DNA of 64,000 nucleotides from Squalus acanthias (taxonomy: Eukaryota): positions 94,242,001 through 94,306,000 of the forward strand of contig CM059431.1 in NCBI GenBank assembly GCA_030390025.1, written 5' to 3'. Shown piece after piece: positions 40,156 through 52,335 of this stretch. The stretch's first letter is position 1, and each line of letters starts with the position of its first letter. Below the pieces are notes generated by a model, which saw only the letters and a list, made by a program, of their open reading frames with translations, was not told where the DNA came from and made no database searches. Position numbers and translations under genes: made by a program.

Positions 40156-41705
40156 GGCCGCGAATTTAATCGCGCTGAGGGGGCGGGTTTGGAGGCGGGA
40201 CCGCTGTCAAAATCACAAAGATTGACAGCGGGTAGGAAACCCCCAACACCAAGCGGCGGGGGAGACAATTCTGGTACTTAAATTACTTGTTAACAGCCAA
40301 TTTAAGAGGATTTTAAGGCTTACCTATAATTTTAGCTTCTCCCCCACTGGTTACCTGCTTTTCGAAGAACACGCCAGCTCAACCTGGTGTGTTGTGAGTC
40401 TGCTCTGATGTTTGTGTAAAGCTGACAGCTGCAGAAGTGGTGTCAAGGATGCCATGTTGCAGATGGTGAGTTTCAGAGCCCAGGAAATGTTGGTTACTTC
40501 ATTTTTCATACATATAGAGATTTCTTTAGCTTACAAGTTTTTAAATCCATCTGTATGTCCAGTGCCACCTCATTGGGAGAACCTCTCTCACCAGTGACAG
40601 ATCGCTTCTGTCATCTCACCTGCAGCTGCCATCTATTCCAGCAACATCGGAGCCATTGAAACAATCAGACCTTGGTCCACCGAATCCTTCCACAATCAGT
40701 CCCAACACCAACATCACCAACCTCATCACCAACCTTCTCCGCCATCACCTGATGCTGCACTGGACACAGGGCATCAGCCCTTGACAAAATTGCTGGCCAT
40801 GAGGCCATCGATGGCATCACCATGGCCAGAATTTCTTCACTTGACGCTGTAAACCTTGGCTGGCGCATGATGCGCCAGGTTGACACCATCCCACACCAGC
40901 ACCGTGAAGCATCCCTTTAATGTCCAATCCATTCCATGCACACACATCATTATAGCGGGGTAGGGGGTGGGGGGGTGGCGGTGGCTAGTTATGACTGAAC
41001 AATCACTGGAACTCAGTAAGACAGTTCTCAATGTGCGCTCAGATCTCTCCAATAAGTGGCACTTTTGGAAAAAGATATTACACTGTATGACAACACTTTA
41101 CCAGAAACTTCACATGGACATTGGCTAAACCATTCAAGTGCCTACCCTTGTGTGTTGTTAGTTGGTATGCTTGCAGTTGGAAGAGGGTTAGTGTGAGGGG
41201 TGGCTAGTGAGATGGGGAAGTGATAAAGTAGATAGAGAGGGTTGGGTGCAGGTGCAAGGTAAGTTGGTGTACTGGGGAGGTCTCTTCCACCCTGGGGAGG
41301 TCTCTTCCACACTGGTGAGGTCTCCTCCGACCTTGGAAGGGAAGAGAACCTCCCTGCGTGCTGTGACTCCCTCCATAAGCATATGGAGGGAGTCATTGGA
41401 GAGCCTGGGTGCAAGTGTTCACCTTTGTGCAGTGATTGTCAATGTTTGCAGCACCTCAATGCTGTCAAACACTGACAGAACAACTGTCAAACTCCATGTG
41501 GATATGGTCCCTTTAAGGAAACTGGCAGATGACACGTCATCAAATGATGTCATCAGACCCGCTTCCTGTTAATTGTCCGGTAAGTCTTAACAAGGCCAAT
41601 CAAGGGAAAATCATGTCTGCAGAGCGAAGGCAGCTGGGGACGGGACCGGAACCCGGAAACCAGCTGAACTGCCCCCATCCCGCCTTCAGAAATAAAATCG
41701 TGGCC
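40156..41705 (-). mobile_element. Internally deleted Harbinger element
   Basis: TIRs GGCCGCGAATTTA / TAAAATCGTGGCC; flanks TAA/TAT; Myb/SANT 5' remnant at 41280-41420. Confidence 0.7.
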
Positions 41706-42019
41706 TATGAGTGGGACTAGCTGAGTGTTGGCACCTGCTCGACGGGCCGAATGGCCTTCTTTCGTGCTGCAACCATTCTATGATTCTATGATGTTCCTCA
41801 CTCTAATTAGCCCCTTGGTTCCCCACTATTTTGGTAGGCTTTTTATCTCATCTACTGTGAAGACAGATGCATTGGTCCAAAAATTGGGCTACTTACCGCC
41901 ACCCGTTAGCACTGGAATCAATGTGAAAAATGGCGGCTGCCACTCTTACGCCAGTCCCTGGTGCGGGACTCGGTGGCCACCATTTTTGTAAGGGCCTTAG
42001 CACTGCCAATAGGGTCACC

Positions 42020-42270
42020 CATTTAAAATGGAGATGAGGAGGAATTTCTTCTCTCAGCGGGTCATGAATCTTTGGAATTCTCTACCCCAGAGAGCTGTGG
42101 AGGCGGAGTCATTGAATATATTTGAGCTACAGGGGAGCCAAGGGTTATGGGGAGTGGGTGGGAAAGTGGCGTTGAGGCCAATATCAGATCAGCCATGATC
42201 TTATTGAATGGCGGGGCAGGCTCAAGGGGCCGAATGGCCTACTCCTGCTCCTATTTCTTATGTTCTTATG
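42020..42270 (+). mobile_element. CR1 3' end fragment
   Basis: FKMEMRRNFFSQRV; GGCCGAATGGCCTACTCCTGCTCC; TTCTTATG tail. Confidence 0.85.
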
Positions 42271-42279
42271 TTGTTCTTA

Positions 42280-42950
42280 TGTTGGCAGGCCTGTCAGAAA
42301 GCCTAAATGCAATGTCAAGGAGCATGGAGGAGTTCAGCTCCAGTCTTGCACAGGGCTTTGCGCGGAGCTTGGAGCCCATCATTTCCAGCATGGAAGAGGA
42401 GGCCAGATTCATTAACGCACTTGTGGACCCAACCATCATGCCGTGTCTGATGGCCAAAGTCTCAGCTTCCATTGCAGCACAAGCAAAAGCCACCCAATGT
42501 CTGAGTTTTGCAATGGAACCTCAGACTGAAGTCATGCAAGCGCAGCTTGCTGTCACACAAGCACAGACTGCTGCCATCATGGCTGGTTTGCAGGGTGCAA
42601 CAGCAGTCCAGCAGCCTGTACTCCATCAGATTACTAGGATTGTTGAGGCGCTATCCCAGGGGAATGGCAATGGATCCATGGAGTTTCACTGCAGGTCTGG
42701 TTGCAAGAGGTGGCAGAGTTCAATGAGCCTCCTTTGTAAAGCGCAGACACGTCAGACACTGCTCCTGCCTCAGACTGCGGTAAGAGAAATGCTCTCAGAA
42801 GACCCTAGGTGGGTAAGGCCTCCTGCTAAGAGCCCTTCTGCTCCTCCCTGTGCGAGCAGCTTGTCCTCTTCTTTGTTGCCTCTGCTCCAGCTCCTAGTCA
42901 TGCTGCAGGCCAAGGGGGATGACAACTAGAGCACCCATGACCAATGTTCC
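42280..42950. mobile_element. Harbinger internal remnants (Myb gene exon 3 on +, transposase 5' on -)
   Basis: LSESLNAMSRSMEE..ASIAAQA homologous to 22620-22980; 42690-42830 homologous to 55840-55980. Confidence 0.7.
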
Positions 42951-43963
42951 CTTTAAGCCGTGCGGCCAGTGCGGCTTCTAAATAGAAAAACAGTGCATGC
43001 GCCGAATTTTGAATGGACCACACACTTAACATTGCCTGTGACTGGGAGGAAGTGGTCTGACCAGAAACCTTGACGTCAGAAGCATGGCCTTCTCCACTTG
43101 CAGCACCACTTCCTGTCATCTCACTAACTTTAACGAACTCAAAAATCTCCAAACAGTTGCACAAACTTACACAGAGCCAGTAGAAATCAAAAAGCAAGTT
43201 ACCTTTAAATAGCAAAATGGGCACTACGCGACCAAAGTTCTAAGCCTAAGCAAAACAACTCATCTTAAGTTGTTACCATGGCGTCAGCTTGGTGGGTTTA
43301 CTAATGACTAAGAGATAAGACCAGAGATGCGTACATGAAGAACGAAGCATCCAAATAGTATAAAGACACGCCATACTGCACCCAAAAATTAGACCTCTTG
43401 GCACAGTCGGAGGTCCATAACCTTGATGGCAGCCCATGAAGGTCAAGTCTGATCACCTTGAAATCCGCGGGTAAGCCAGGCTGTATTAATTGCTTTTCAT
43501 TTAATGTAATGCTGTAGAGCAGTTGTGTAAAAACAATACTGTTATAAGTCAATATATATAAAATCTTGTTGTTTAAAACCACTTGGGCCAAAGCCACGCG
43601 GAATTTTTTGTTGCAGGGCTAACAACCCTTTATTGTGACAATAACCACGGGAAATCCGCTTTCAGAAAGTAATTTACTGGCTGTGAAACACTTTGTAGAT
43701 ATGATGTGCTGGATTCCACTCCAAGTCAGGTGAGATTGTGGCAGAATTGGTGGGAAAATGGAGTGATGAGGTCCATTGCTGCCTCTATCTTGATCTCAAT
43801 TTCCTCCTTTCACTAGGACTGCCACTGACGAACACTTACCCAATCAACCACATGCACCTCCTAAATTCCTGATGGATTATCCTGCTATCTGCCCCAGTTA
43901 CCGTCACTCCCGGAACTGCCTGGTGAAACGTGACAGTAGGCCTGGGTATCAGCAGTAATGGAC

Positions 43964-44746
43964 TGTAAGATTCTAAAAACTATAATAAAACCGCTGCTAC
44001 CGTGTGGAGATTGAAGTTCAGAATGAATTGTGAAATGGTTATGGAATACTCGGAAGTCAGCATGTTCCTTTGTTTGTGAAGACACAAAATGGCAGAAGTC
44101 AGCAGGGGGTCCTTTGCCTGGTGGTCAGTATGGTCCTTTGTGTGTAAGACCACATGGACAGGAAAGAGAAACATGAGTGACAAGGAAGTCCCGCCCCCAC
44201 ACACATCACAGGAACATGAACATCTCATGCAGAAGGAACTCCAGTCAGGGAAAGTTTGGAGTGAAACTGACATATCAGAGGGAGGCAGACAGTGATATAC
44301 GAGTGGGGCCGGCAGAAAGGCCCGATAAAATAATTGACCCAGAGGCGGGAAATTCAGAACAAAGAAAGAAGTATGGATGAACAGATGAACAAAGAAAGCT
44401 GGCCAGTCTATGTTTCAACTTACGACTTTTCCTGGACAGATCACCCAGAGATAAAGGAGCATGTATAAAAGTTGGACATAAGAGCTTAGATATTGTTAAA
44501 GTGTACTTTTATGTACGGTTGACTTGGGATATAAATCGCCAGAAGGTAGCATATAAGTTGCTGGGGTGTACTTTTATGTACAGTAAATTGGAAGCATATT
44601 GATTACGAGAGAATGCTTCTATGTACACTTGAAATTTGAACTATAGTGTAAATAAAGACCAATTTTATTGATCACATACTTATCTGTCATTGTTACGCTT
44701 ATTTGTAATTCTCAAAGTCTGAACAGTAGTAAGAGAATGGCTTACA
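43964..44746 (+). repeat. 5' LTR
   Basis: Direct repeat of 49776-50558; TATAAAA at ~44465; AATAAA at ~44651. Confidence 0.95.
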
Positions 44747-44750
44747 TAAA

Positions 44751-44768
44751 TGCCGATCATGAAGGGAC
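44751..44768 (+). promoter_or_regulatory. Primer binding site, probably tRNA-Arg(TCG)
   Basis: TGCCGATCATGAAGGGAC versus TGGCGACCACGAAGGGAC (complement of the vertebrate tRNA-Arg-TCG 3' end as recalled), 15/18 match, 4 nt after the LTR. Confidence 0.65.
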
Positions 44769-44798
44769 TTTGAGGGGAAAAAGCTTTTTTTTATAACA

Positions 44799-45795
44799 AT
44801 GCCGGACAAGAAAGTGAGAAGTATGGAGGATTTGGTAGCAAAATATATTAATGGAAAAATCGATAGAGATAAACCATGGGTTAGAGATATTGTGCAGAAC
44901 GATGACCCTGTACAAAAACTAAAGGAATGGATGGAAGGTCTGTTAGGAAAGGTGCCATGGTATAAAGCGATGTGGCTGTTAGCCTATCAAAGACAATTAG
45001 TTCAAAATAAGAAAGTGATGGATGAACAATCCAGAGAGATTGAGCAACTGAAACGAAAGGTGAACGACAGGGAAGTGGAGATGGACCACCAGTTAAAAGA
45101 GTTAGAGGAATTAAAAGAACAGAGACAAGCTGAAAAAGTGAAAGGGGAAAGTAACGTGGAATACTTGCAGTGTCAGGTGATGGAGTGTTCGAGGAGAGCT
45201 GATGAATGGGAGAAAAAAAGCCATAAGCAACATCGGCAGGCAGCCTCGGCTGAGGAAGTGTTAAGCAATGTAAAAACAGCATTGAAGGTGTAGCGGCAAC
45301 AAAAAGAGGGCGAAGCTGGTCACACTAAATGCCGAAAGGAAATTGAGCGATTGAAAGCTCGTCTATCAGTAGAGAAGGGGGATAATATGCTTGATGACCC
45401 CAGAGGAAGGAGATATGGAGGAGGAAGTAGAGGGGGAAGGAAAGTGGTCTGAGGATGAAACACAATACGGGGAATTGAGAATCCCGCCGGAAGTACCGGA
45501 ACCCCCGGTCCCACCGCCATTGAATCCTATGAGGCAGCAGAAATTTGGTTCCCCTGTCAGAGGACAGAACAGAGGGGTGTTAGAAAGTGATTATACCATA
45601 CCGTATAACACGACGCCATTGAAAGAAATGCTGGGTGATTTAGGGAAACTAGAAATGGGAGGTGAACTCCAAGGACATTTCATTGCAGTCGAACAAAGGG
45701 CAGCTGTAAGTGAAATGGATGAAGATGTAAAAATGAAGTTAACCCCGCCAGAAAAGGGAGGGAGACAGAATAAGTTGCTGAGGCAATTTAAGTGA
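44799..45795 (+). pseudogene. gag: gag-like gene, truncated
   Basis: ATG just after the PBS; long E/K/Q-rich coiled coil, stop at 45291, frameshift, Pro-rich linker, then PMR...YTIPY resembling a capsid N-terminus. Confidence 0.65.
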
Positions 45796-46879
45796 AGGAA
45801 AAAAAGGGGAAAATTAAAGTTTTACCGACACGAAGCTATTAGTTTCTGGCCAAAACAAGTAAAACACAGGAATTGCTGAGTGAAAGGAACCTTAAAAGAA
45901 TGTTGGAATTTCAGTTTTAGTGAAAGTGTGTGTTAAAAGTGTGGAAGTTTTCTGTTTCTTGAAAGAAGGTGTCTGGTGTGTTTGTTTCAGCTCCACCCAC
46001 TTTTCTGTACTGAGAGCTAGAAGTTGTTCAACCTTTTGTAGTCTTTTCTTGAATGATGGACAAGCGTGTGCTATTTTAAGTTTGTTAATTAAAATTCAAT
46101 TTAAGTTTGTGAATTGTTTTACAAAAGATAAGCTTCAGCCTTGAAGTTACAGTTGCCAATTTGAATGTTTACAAAGTATGTGTGAATGTTTCTTTGTTAG
46201 TGTGGCTTCTTCCTTTGTTTTTCAAGTGATACTGGTGAGTTTAAAATATTGGTTTGAATTGAATTGGAGTTATTGAGGTTAATTAACCTGTTAAAACCAG
46301 ACTTTTATTGTGGCCACGGTAAAATTCTGGTTGGTGTAAATTTGTGTGATAGCCTCTAGTTCTGGATATGAGGCAAAAACACATCAACACTTTTTGAAAT
46401 TTTTGACCAATTACAAGTATGGGTGTCCAGGGGGAAAAAAAGGAAATGCTATTTATTGTGTGGAGTTGCTTCACAGAATGTTTAGGATGTCTGATGCTTT
46501 TACGTGCTGAAGTGAATTGATCAGGATCTTAACAAAGATTTTAAAGGTACAAAGACTTTGCAAAAAGTAAAGATTTACTTGAAAGCTGTGAGAAGTTGTG
46601 TGAGAAAATCTGACAGTGATTGATGTCTGTGTTTGTCTTCTATTGAAATGCAAAAGTAAGAAGTTAACTCTTTTCACAAGCAGCTGTGAACTCTGTTTTT
46701 AACTCCACAACCAGATGTGGTTTTTGTAAACATTTTGGGCATTGTTTTAAATTTGAGTGGATGTTTCCCCACATTGACAGAAGGGCGTCGGAAATTGACG
46801 AATTCACCCATTTGGCTGTTCGGAAAGCCGCAATGGATTGTCTGTTTTTTCTTTTAAGCAGGGGGCCAGATGAGTGTTG

Positions 46880-47400
46880 ATGGTGCAAGATTACCAGCTG
46901 GGTAGAAGTCATCTCATGCAAGTCAGCCACGGCCAAGACCCTAGTTGAAGGGGTATTCTACAGATGGGGATGTCCTCCGTGATAGGGTCAGGCCAGGGAA
47001 GTCTTTTTACAGGTCAGGTAATGCAAGCCACTCTGAAATTGCTAGGAATTGAAGGGAAATGGCATGTAACCCACAACCCACAATCATCGGGGATTGTGGA
47101 AAGAATGAACTGTACATTGAAGTTGGCCCTGCGAAAGGAATTAAACGAACAACACACTAAGTGGGATAAGGGACTTTCCCTAATCCTTATGGGGATACAC
47201 AGTAACAGATCCAAAGGATCGGGTCATTCCCCTCATGAATTGGTAACGGGGAGACCCATGCGAACCCCCACATACCTGTTGGTTCCCACTCTGACTGATA
47301 AACAAACTAAGGAGGTGGCTCAGGACAAATTCCTGAGCGACCTGTGGGGATCTTTAAAGGAACTGAACTTGAGCCGCCCGTAACATTGGGAACAACATCG
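46880..47400 (+). pseudogene. pol: Integrase catalytic core remnant
   Basis: WVEVI..SATAKTL..RWG; SGQGSLFTG..LGI..HVTHNPQSSGIVERMNCTLK..WDKGL..SPHELVTGRPMRTP (rve motifs). Confidence 0.9.
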
Positions 47401-47505
47401 GCAACCTTGGGAGGAGGTGGGAGCAAACCAAAAAGGAAATGATGTTGAATGTGTGAATAAGAGAATGTGAATATTAACTGTGTTGTGTGTTACAGAAGCT
47501 CCAGG

Positions 47506-49600
47506 ATGGGGAAACTCCTCTACGCATTGAACGCTTTGATGCTCGTAATGGTTGGGATTGAACTATATCAGGAATCACAGCAGCTTGGAAACAGCACCAA
47601 TGGAACCATAACCTCACTGGATACAGGGTTTTCTGTTGTAAATGAGATGAATGTAACAATTAAAAATCAAACTATAACATGTTATAATTGGACAGTGAGA
47701 GTAACGGAGCAGAGGGTGCACGAGGGGCAAGGGATTTGTTTAAAATGTTCAAATGAGACCACTCCAAACGAGACAATCCTAGAACTTCGGTTTGCACCGG
47801 GTTAGACCACAAATAACTTGAGATTGAGGAAGGCAAGATAAATCGTAGCTACCCCGTTAATTGATGGGACAAGTTACTGTTGGACAAATTTCTGGTCAAG
47901 TAATCACACAGGAATATATATGTGTGTAAACAGAAATTTCTCCCATGATGATCCTCAAATTAAAAATTGTTATGATAATATTCAATGCCCTGATCAGTCC
48001 AAAGAAGCCATTCAATTAAAGGCGAAAGAGAAACCAGGGCCACCCGATGAAAGGAGTGAAAAGTGCCCCACCCCATTCCTTGCTCCAGTTAACGGATTGG
48101 TGTTGGTTCTGAGTGAGTTGTCAATGTTACATGATGTTGTATTAGATGCGAGGGAGGTTATTATCAATATGTCTAGTCTTGCCTTGCCAACATGGTACAG
48201 TGAACACACTAGAAACTGGTTAAGAGATAAAAAAGTGCAGTTAATAAAAACCTTTTGGAAGGAAAATAGTGATCAGGTCCCGAAATCATTGGTACAGAGG
48301 AGAAAGCGCAGTGTGCTTAATAATATAGCAACAATGTGGAATAGGATTGGTAAATACAGGGGATATTATGAGCCTGAACTATCAATTGGGAAAATTGAGA
48401 GAAAAGGTACAGCAGGCATTAAGAAACCAGAATAGCATAGGTAAAGTACAATTAGAAGCAGAATTGACCTTGATAATTCACATGCAAGGGTTGGTCAAAT
48501 TGTTGGAAAATCAGGCACAGGCCATAAACAATTTGACAAGGGAGGATAGAAACGCCTCTGATCAGGCAGCACGAAATGATGCATGCACGATGATGAGTTC
48601 TTGGATTCTACAGGACATAGGGAGGAATTTGAATAGAATAGCTGAGGGAAGGGTTCCAATTTGGATGGAAGATAAACACCTTAAGGCAGCAGAAAGGTAT
48701 CAGTCAAACTTGACAGTGTGTCAGTTGCAGTGTCTTCATTGTGGTACGTGTCGTGCCACATGAATGTAATCAGACTAACGATGATAGTTTGATAGGAATC
48801 ATATTAAGCATGCCCGTAATGTCCAAACCTTGGGCACCACTGCAGGTGTATAAGGTAGCCAATATGGGTTTCCTGAAAGAAGGTGTTTTAGATAAATATA
48901 CATCATTGCCTGGATATGTTGTTAAATATAACCAATCTCTCTATGAGGTAAAATTACATCTATGTAAGACCCAAGGAAGAACCACCATGTGTATGTATAA
49001 TGTCTTGGACGATGAAGAGCCGTTATGCGGATTTAACTTGACAAGGATGTCTAAGTATCAGTGTCAGGTCACTGCCGTAAGGTCGAAACAATATACCACC
49101 ATTGTTTATAAGGAACAGGGGGTATTGTTGGACCACCACAGAAACAAAGTATAAATATGGGCAAAAGAATGCTACAATATGTCTGGTATCTAACAGTACT
49201 ATGTGTATTAAACCTAAAAGGATGGTAAAAATCAGGAACAGGACTATTCTGCCTTTAATGGATCAGAATCCAATGCATGTTAAGGCATCAACCGGGGTAG
49301 ACGATATGGAGAAATACGTGTCCAAATTTGGATATGGGTTGCCTTGGATAAATTAAAATCTCACTGAGTTTGTGAAACAGATTGGAGAAGTGGGAAGGAC
49401 ATTCTCAGTATTAATGCCAGAATAATAACCTCGTTAATGAACGAGGCGACTTCTTGGTGGGATTTGAGATATAATCGTATAGACTTAGCTCCGTGGATAA
49501 GACTGTGCTCACAAGCTCTGCTATGGTTACAGCTAATGTGTGTGATTGTGCTTATGTGGGAATGCGGGCAAGACATAAACAAAGAGAGAACAAGTGAAGA
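47506..49600 (+). pseudogene. env: Envelope/fusion glycoprotein gene with stops and frameshifts
   Basis: Signal peptide MGKLLYALNALMLVMVG; many N-x-S/T sequons; furin site RRKR at 48298-48309; heptad region; Cys-rich region; C-terminal hydrophobic anchor WIRLCSQALLWLQLMCVIVLMW; candidate splice acceptor TTACAG ending 47495. Confidence 0.85.
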
Positions 49601-49775
49601 CAATTTAAGCGTACGAGGGAATTGTTATGGGATCAGCTTTAATAATGTGAAATGGGGGTATAGATATTGTATTATAGGGGATAAAAGGGGACTATGTCCG
49701 ATCGGAATACATACTGCTCCAACTCTGGTGAAATGTCTGCACATGAATAAACATGAGAGACATTGAAGGGAGGAC

Positions 49776-50558
49776 TGTAAGATTCTAAAAACTGTAATAA
49801 AACCGCTGCTACCATGTGGAGATCAAAGTTCAGCATGAATTGTGAAATGGTTATGGAATACTCGGAAGTCAGCATGTTCCTTTGTTTGTGAAGACACAAA
49901 ATGGCAGAAGTCAGCAGGGGGTCCTTTGCCTGGTGGTCAGCATGGTCCTTTGTGTGTAAGACCACATGGACAGGAAGGAGAAACATGAGTGACGAGGAAG
50001 TCCCGTCCCCACACACATCACAGGAACATGAAAGTGTCATGCAGAAGGAACTCCAATCAAGGAAGGTTTGGAGTGAAACTGACCTATCAGAGGGAGGCAG
50101 ACAGTGATATACAAGGGGGGCCGGCAGAAAGGCCCTATAAAAGAATTGACCCAAAGGCGGGAAATTCAGAACAAAGAAAGAAGAACGGATGAACAGATGA
50201 TCAAAGAAAGCTGGCCAGTCTATGTTTCGACTTACGACTTTTCCTGGACCGATCACCCAGAGATTAAGGAGTATGTATAAAAGTTGGACATAAGAGCTTA
50301 GATATTGTTAAAGGGTAGTTTTATGTACAGTTGACTTGGGATATAAATCGTCAGAAGGTAGGGTATATGTTGCTGGGGTGTACTTTTATGTACGGTAAAT
50401 TGGAAGCATATTGATTGCGAAAGAATGCTTCTATGTGCACTTGAATTTTGAACTATAGTGTTAATAAAGACCAATTTTATTGATCACATATTTATCTGTC
50501 ATTGTTACGCTTATTCATAATTCTCGAAGTCCAAACAGTAGTAAGAGAAGGGCTTACA
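49776..50558 (+). repeat. 3' LTR
   Basis: Preceded by polypurine tract GAAGGGAGGA; same length as the 5' LTR. Confidence 0.95.
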
Positions 50559-51293
50559 GGCCCCGATGTACTCAAGTGGAGGGAGAAAGCCTAGTGTAGG
50601 CCTCTTCTCTCTCCATTTGGGTTCAACCTACTTACTTTAGTCCTCAGTTGGTCAAGGCCTAAAAGTGAATGTTCCCTTTTCCTCTTTGGGGCTCTTCTGC
50701 CTCTTTAATTCGCAGGCCACCTCTTCTGGTACTCCACCAGCAGTCCTGCTCCAGCACCACTGGGATATTCCATCATTAGCAGTGACAGGCTCCCTCTTGT
50801 GGTGGTGGTCTTGCCTGGAGACCACCTTATATGCAAAATAAGCCCTGGCCCAAGGAAATGGATTAGTGTTGTAGTGGTGTGAAGGCGGCAAGCGGAAGTC
50901 CTGCCCTGTCCCACCATGATATCACTACAAAGAGGAAAATACAACACAAGTCATGACAACAACCCAACAAGTTCTTCTTTCTTTAAATACTTTCTTTTTG
51001 CCAATCATCTCCCCTGTCCCTAATATGCCTGGGGATAGTTCGACAAGTTCAAACTTCCAGGGGTCTCGCCCAAGAGGCTGCTGTTTGTGAGCCAAAAATA
51101 AAACCCACACCAACGATCAAACCGAGCGATGGCAAACTACGGCTGTTTCAGCTTTGTCACAAAATAACTAAACAAACAACTTCATCACAATTTAAAAAAA
51201 TTACAAGTCTGAGTTTATTTTGGACTTAGAAGGTCATCACTCCTTTGTGTATGTGGATTCTCTGGAGCGGGGAAAGTTTTTGAGGATGCGCTG

Positions 51294-51661
51294 TGTTGTG
51301 GAGTAATTTGAAATACTCAACACAAGTCTGATATCGAGAGTTCAAGCATTCTTTATTCGCACGCGTGGGGAGACAGCCTGCTTCTGTCTAGGCCAAGCTT
51401 CTCCCAATTGTTCCAGCAGTGGTCAGATATTTATACATCCAAATGGTGCGTTATACATTGTTCCCGCCTCTTTTCTAGGACATTCTATGTTACAACGTCG
51501 TTTGTCCCAGTTCCTGTTAATACCAGGTGGCGCACCCTTGCCCTAATTTTGAGAATTGGTAACTCCATGTCTATTGTGGCCCGACTCATTGTCAGCTGCC
51601 TAAGTCATGTGGTTCCTATTGCGGTTCTCCGTCTGCACAGATACATTATCTTGCAACAACA
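51294..51661 (-). mobile_element. Probable solo LTR
   Basis: TGTTGT...ACAACA termini; flanks GCTG/GCTC; minus-strand TATAAAT (~51430) and AATAAA (~51352). Confidence 0.5.
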
Positions 51662-51985
51662 GCTCTTTTGCCATGTCTGTTAACCAGAACATTTTTAGTT
51701 TCTTGCAGCGTTTGCAATCCTGTGGTTACATCCCGTGATTATGTCTGGCAATGTTGCACCCTGCTCTCCTTGACCATTGTCTGTATAGAACCAAGCCCCC
51801 GTCACACAACACTACTCTACACTAACTTTACTTTTCCCCTTTCACGCTGGCTCAAGTCAACTTCACTCACTGCCCACATATATGGGAAATACGTAGGTTG
51901 GCGGGGTTTCCTATCACCAGTTAGTTCTTGGACAATTTTCCTCTTTGTGTCAGCTTGTCTCCATCAGTGGCACTATTACTTGTAG

Positions 51986-52335
51986 CTTAGAAGGTCATTA
52001 GTTCAAGCCCCACTTAAAATACTTGAACACACAATCTTGGCTGGCATTTCTGTGCAGAATTTAGGGAGTGCTACAGTGTCGTCTTTTAGATGAAATGTTA
52101 AACTGAGGTTCTGTCTGCCTGTTCAGGTGGATGTTAAAGATCCCATGGCACTTTTTGAAGAAGTGCTTAATGATCTCCCAGTGTCATGACCAACATTCTT
52201 TCCTCAACCAACATCGCCAAAAATGCATAGTGGGGCCTTGCTGTACACAAAATGGCTGCCGTATTTGCCTCCATAACAACATCGACTGCACTTCAAAAGA
52301 TCATTTGTTGGGTATGACGCACTTTGGGATGGTGC
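51986..52335 (+). mobile_element. DeuSINE (SacSINE1/AmnSINE1-like)
   Basis: GTTCAAGCCCCACT head, then GTCTTTTAGATGAAATGTTAAACTGAGG...CAGGTGGATGTTAAAGATCCCATGGCACT, matching the Deu domain as recalled. Confidence 0.75.

Larger units (their letters stand above)
43964..50558 (+). mobile_element. Endogenous retrovirus-like LTR element (gag - deletion - integrase - env), non-autonomous
   Basis: Two 783-bp LTRs TGTAAG...CTTACA; flanks GGAC/GGCC (4-bp TSD with 1 mismatch); PBS and PPT present. Confidence 0.93.

Noticed and set aside
44089..44380. Short ORFs duplicated at 49901-50192
   Set aside because: They lie within the LTRs, which explains the duplication; no recognisable domain.
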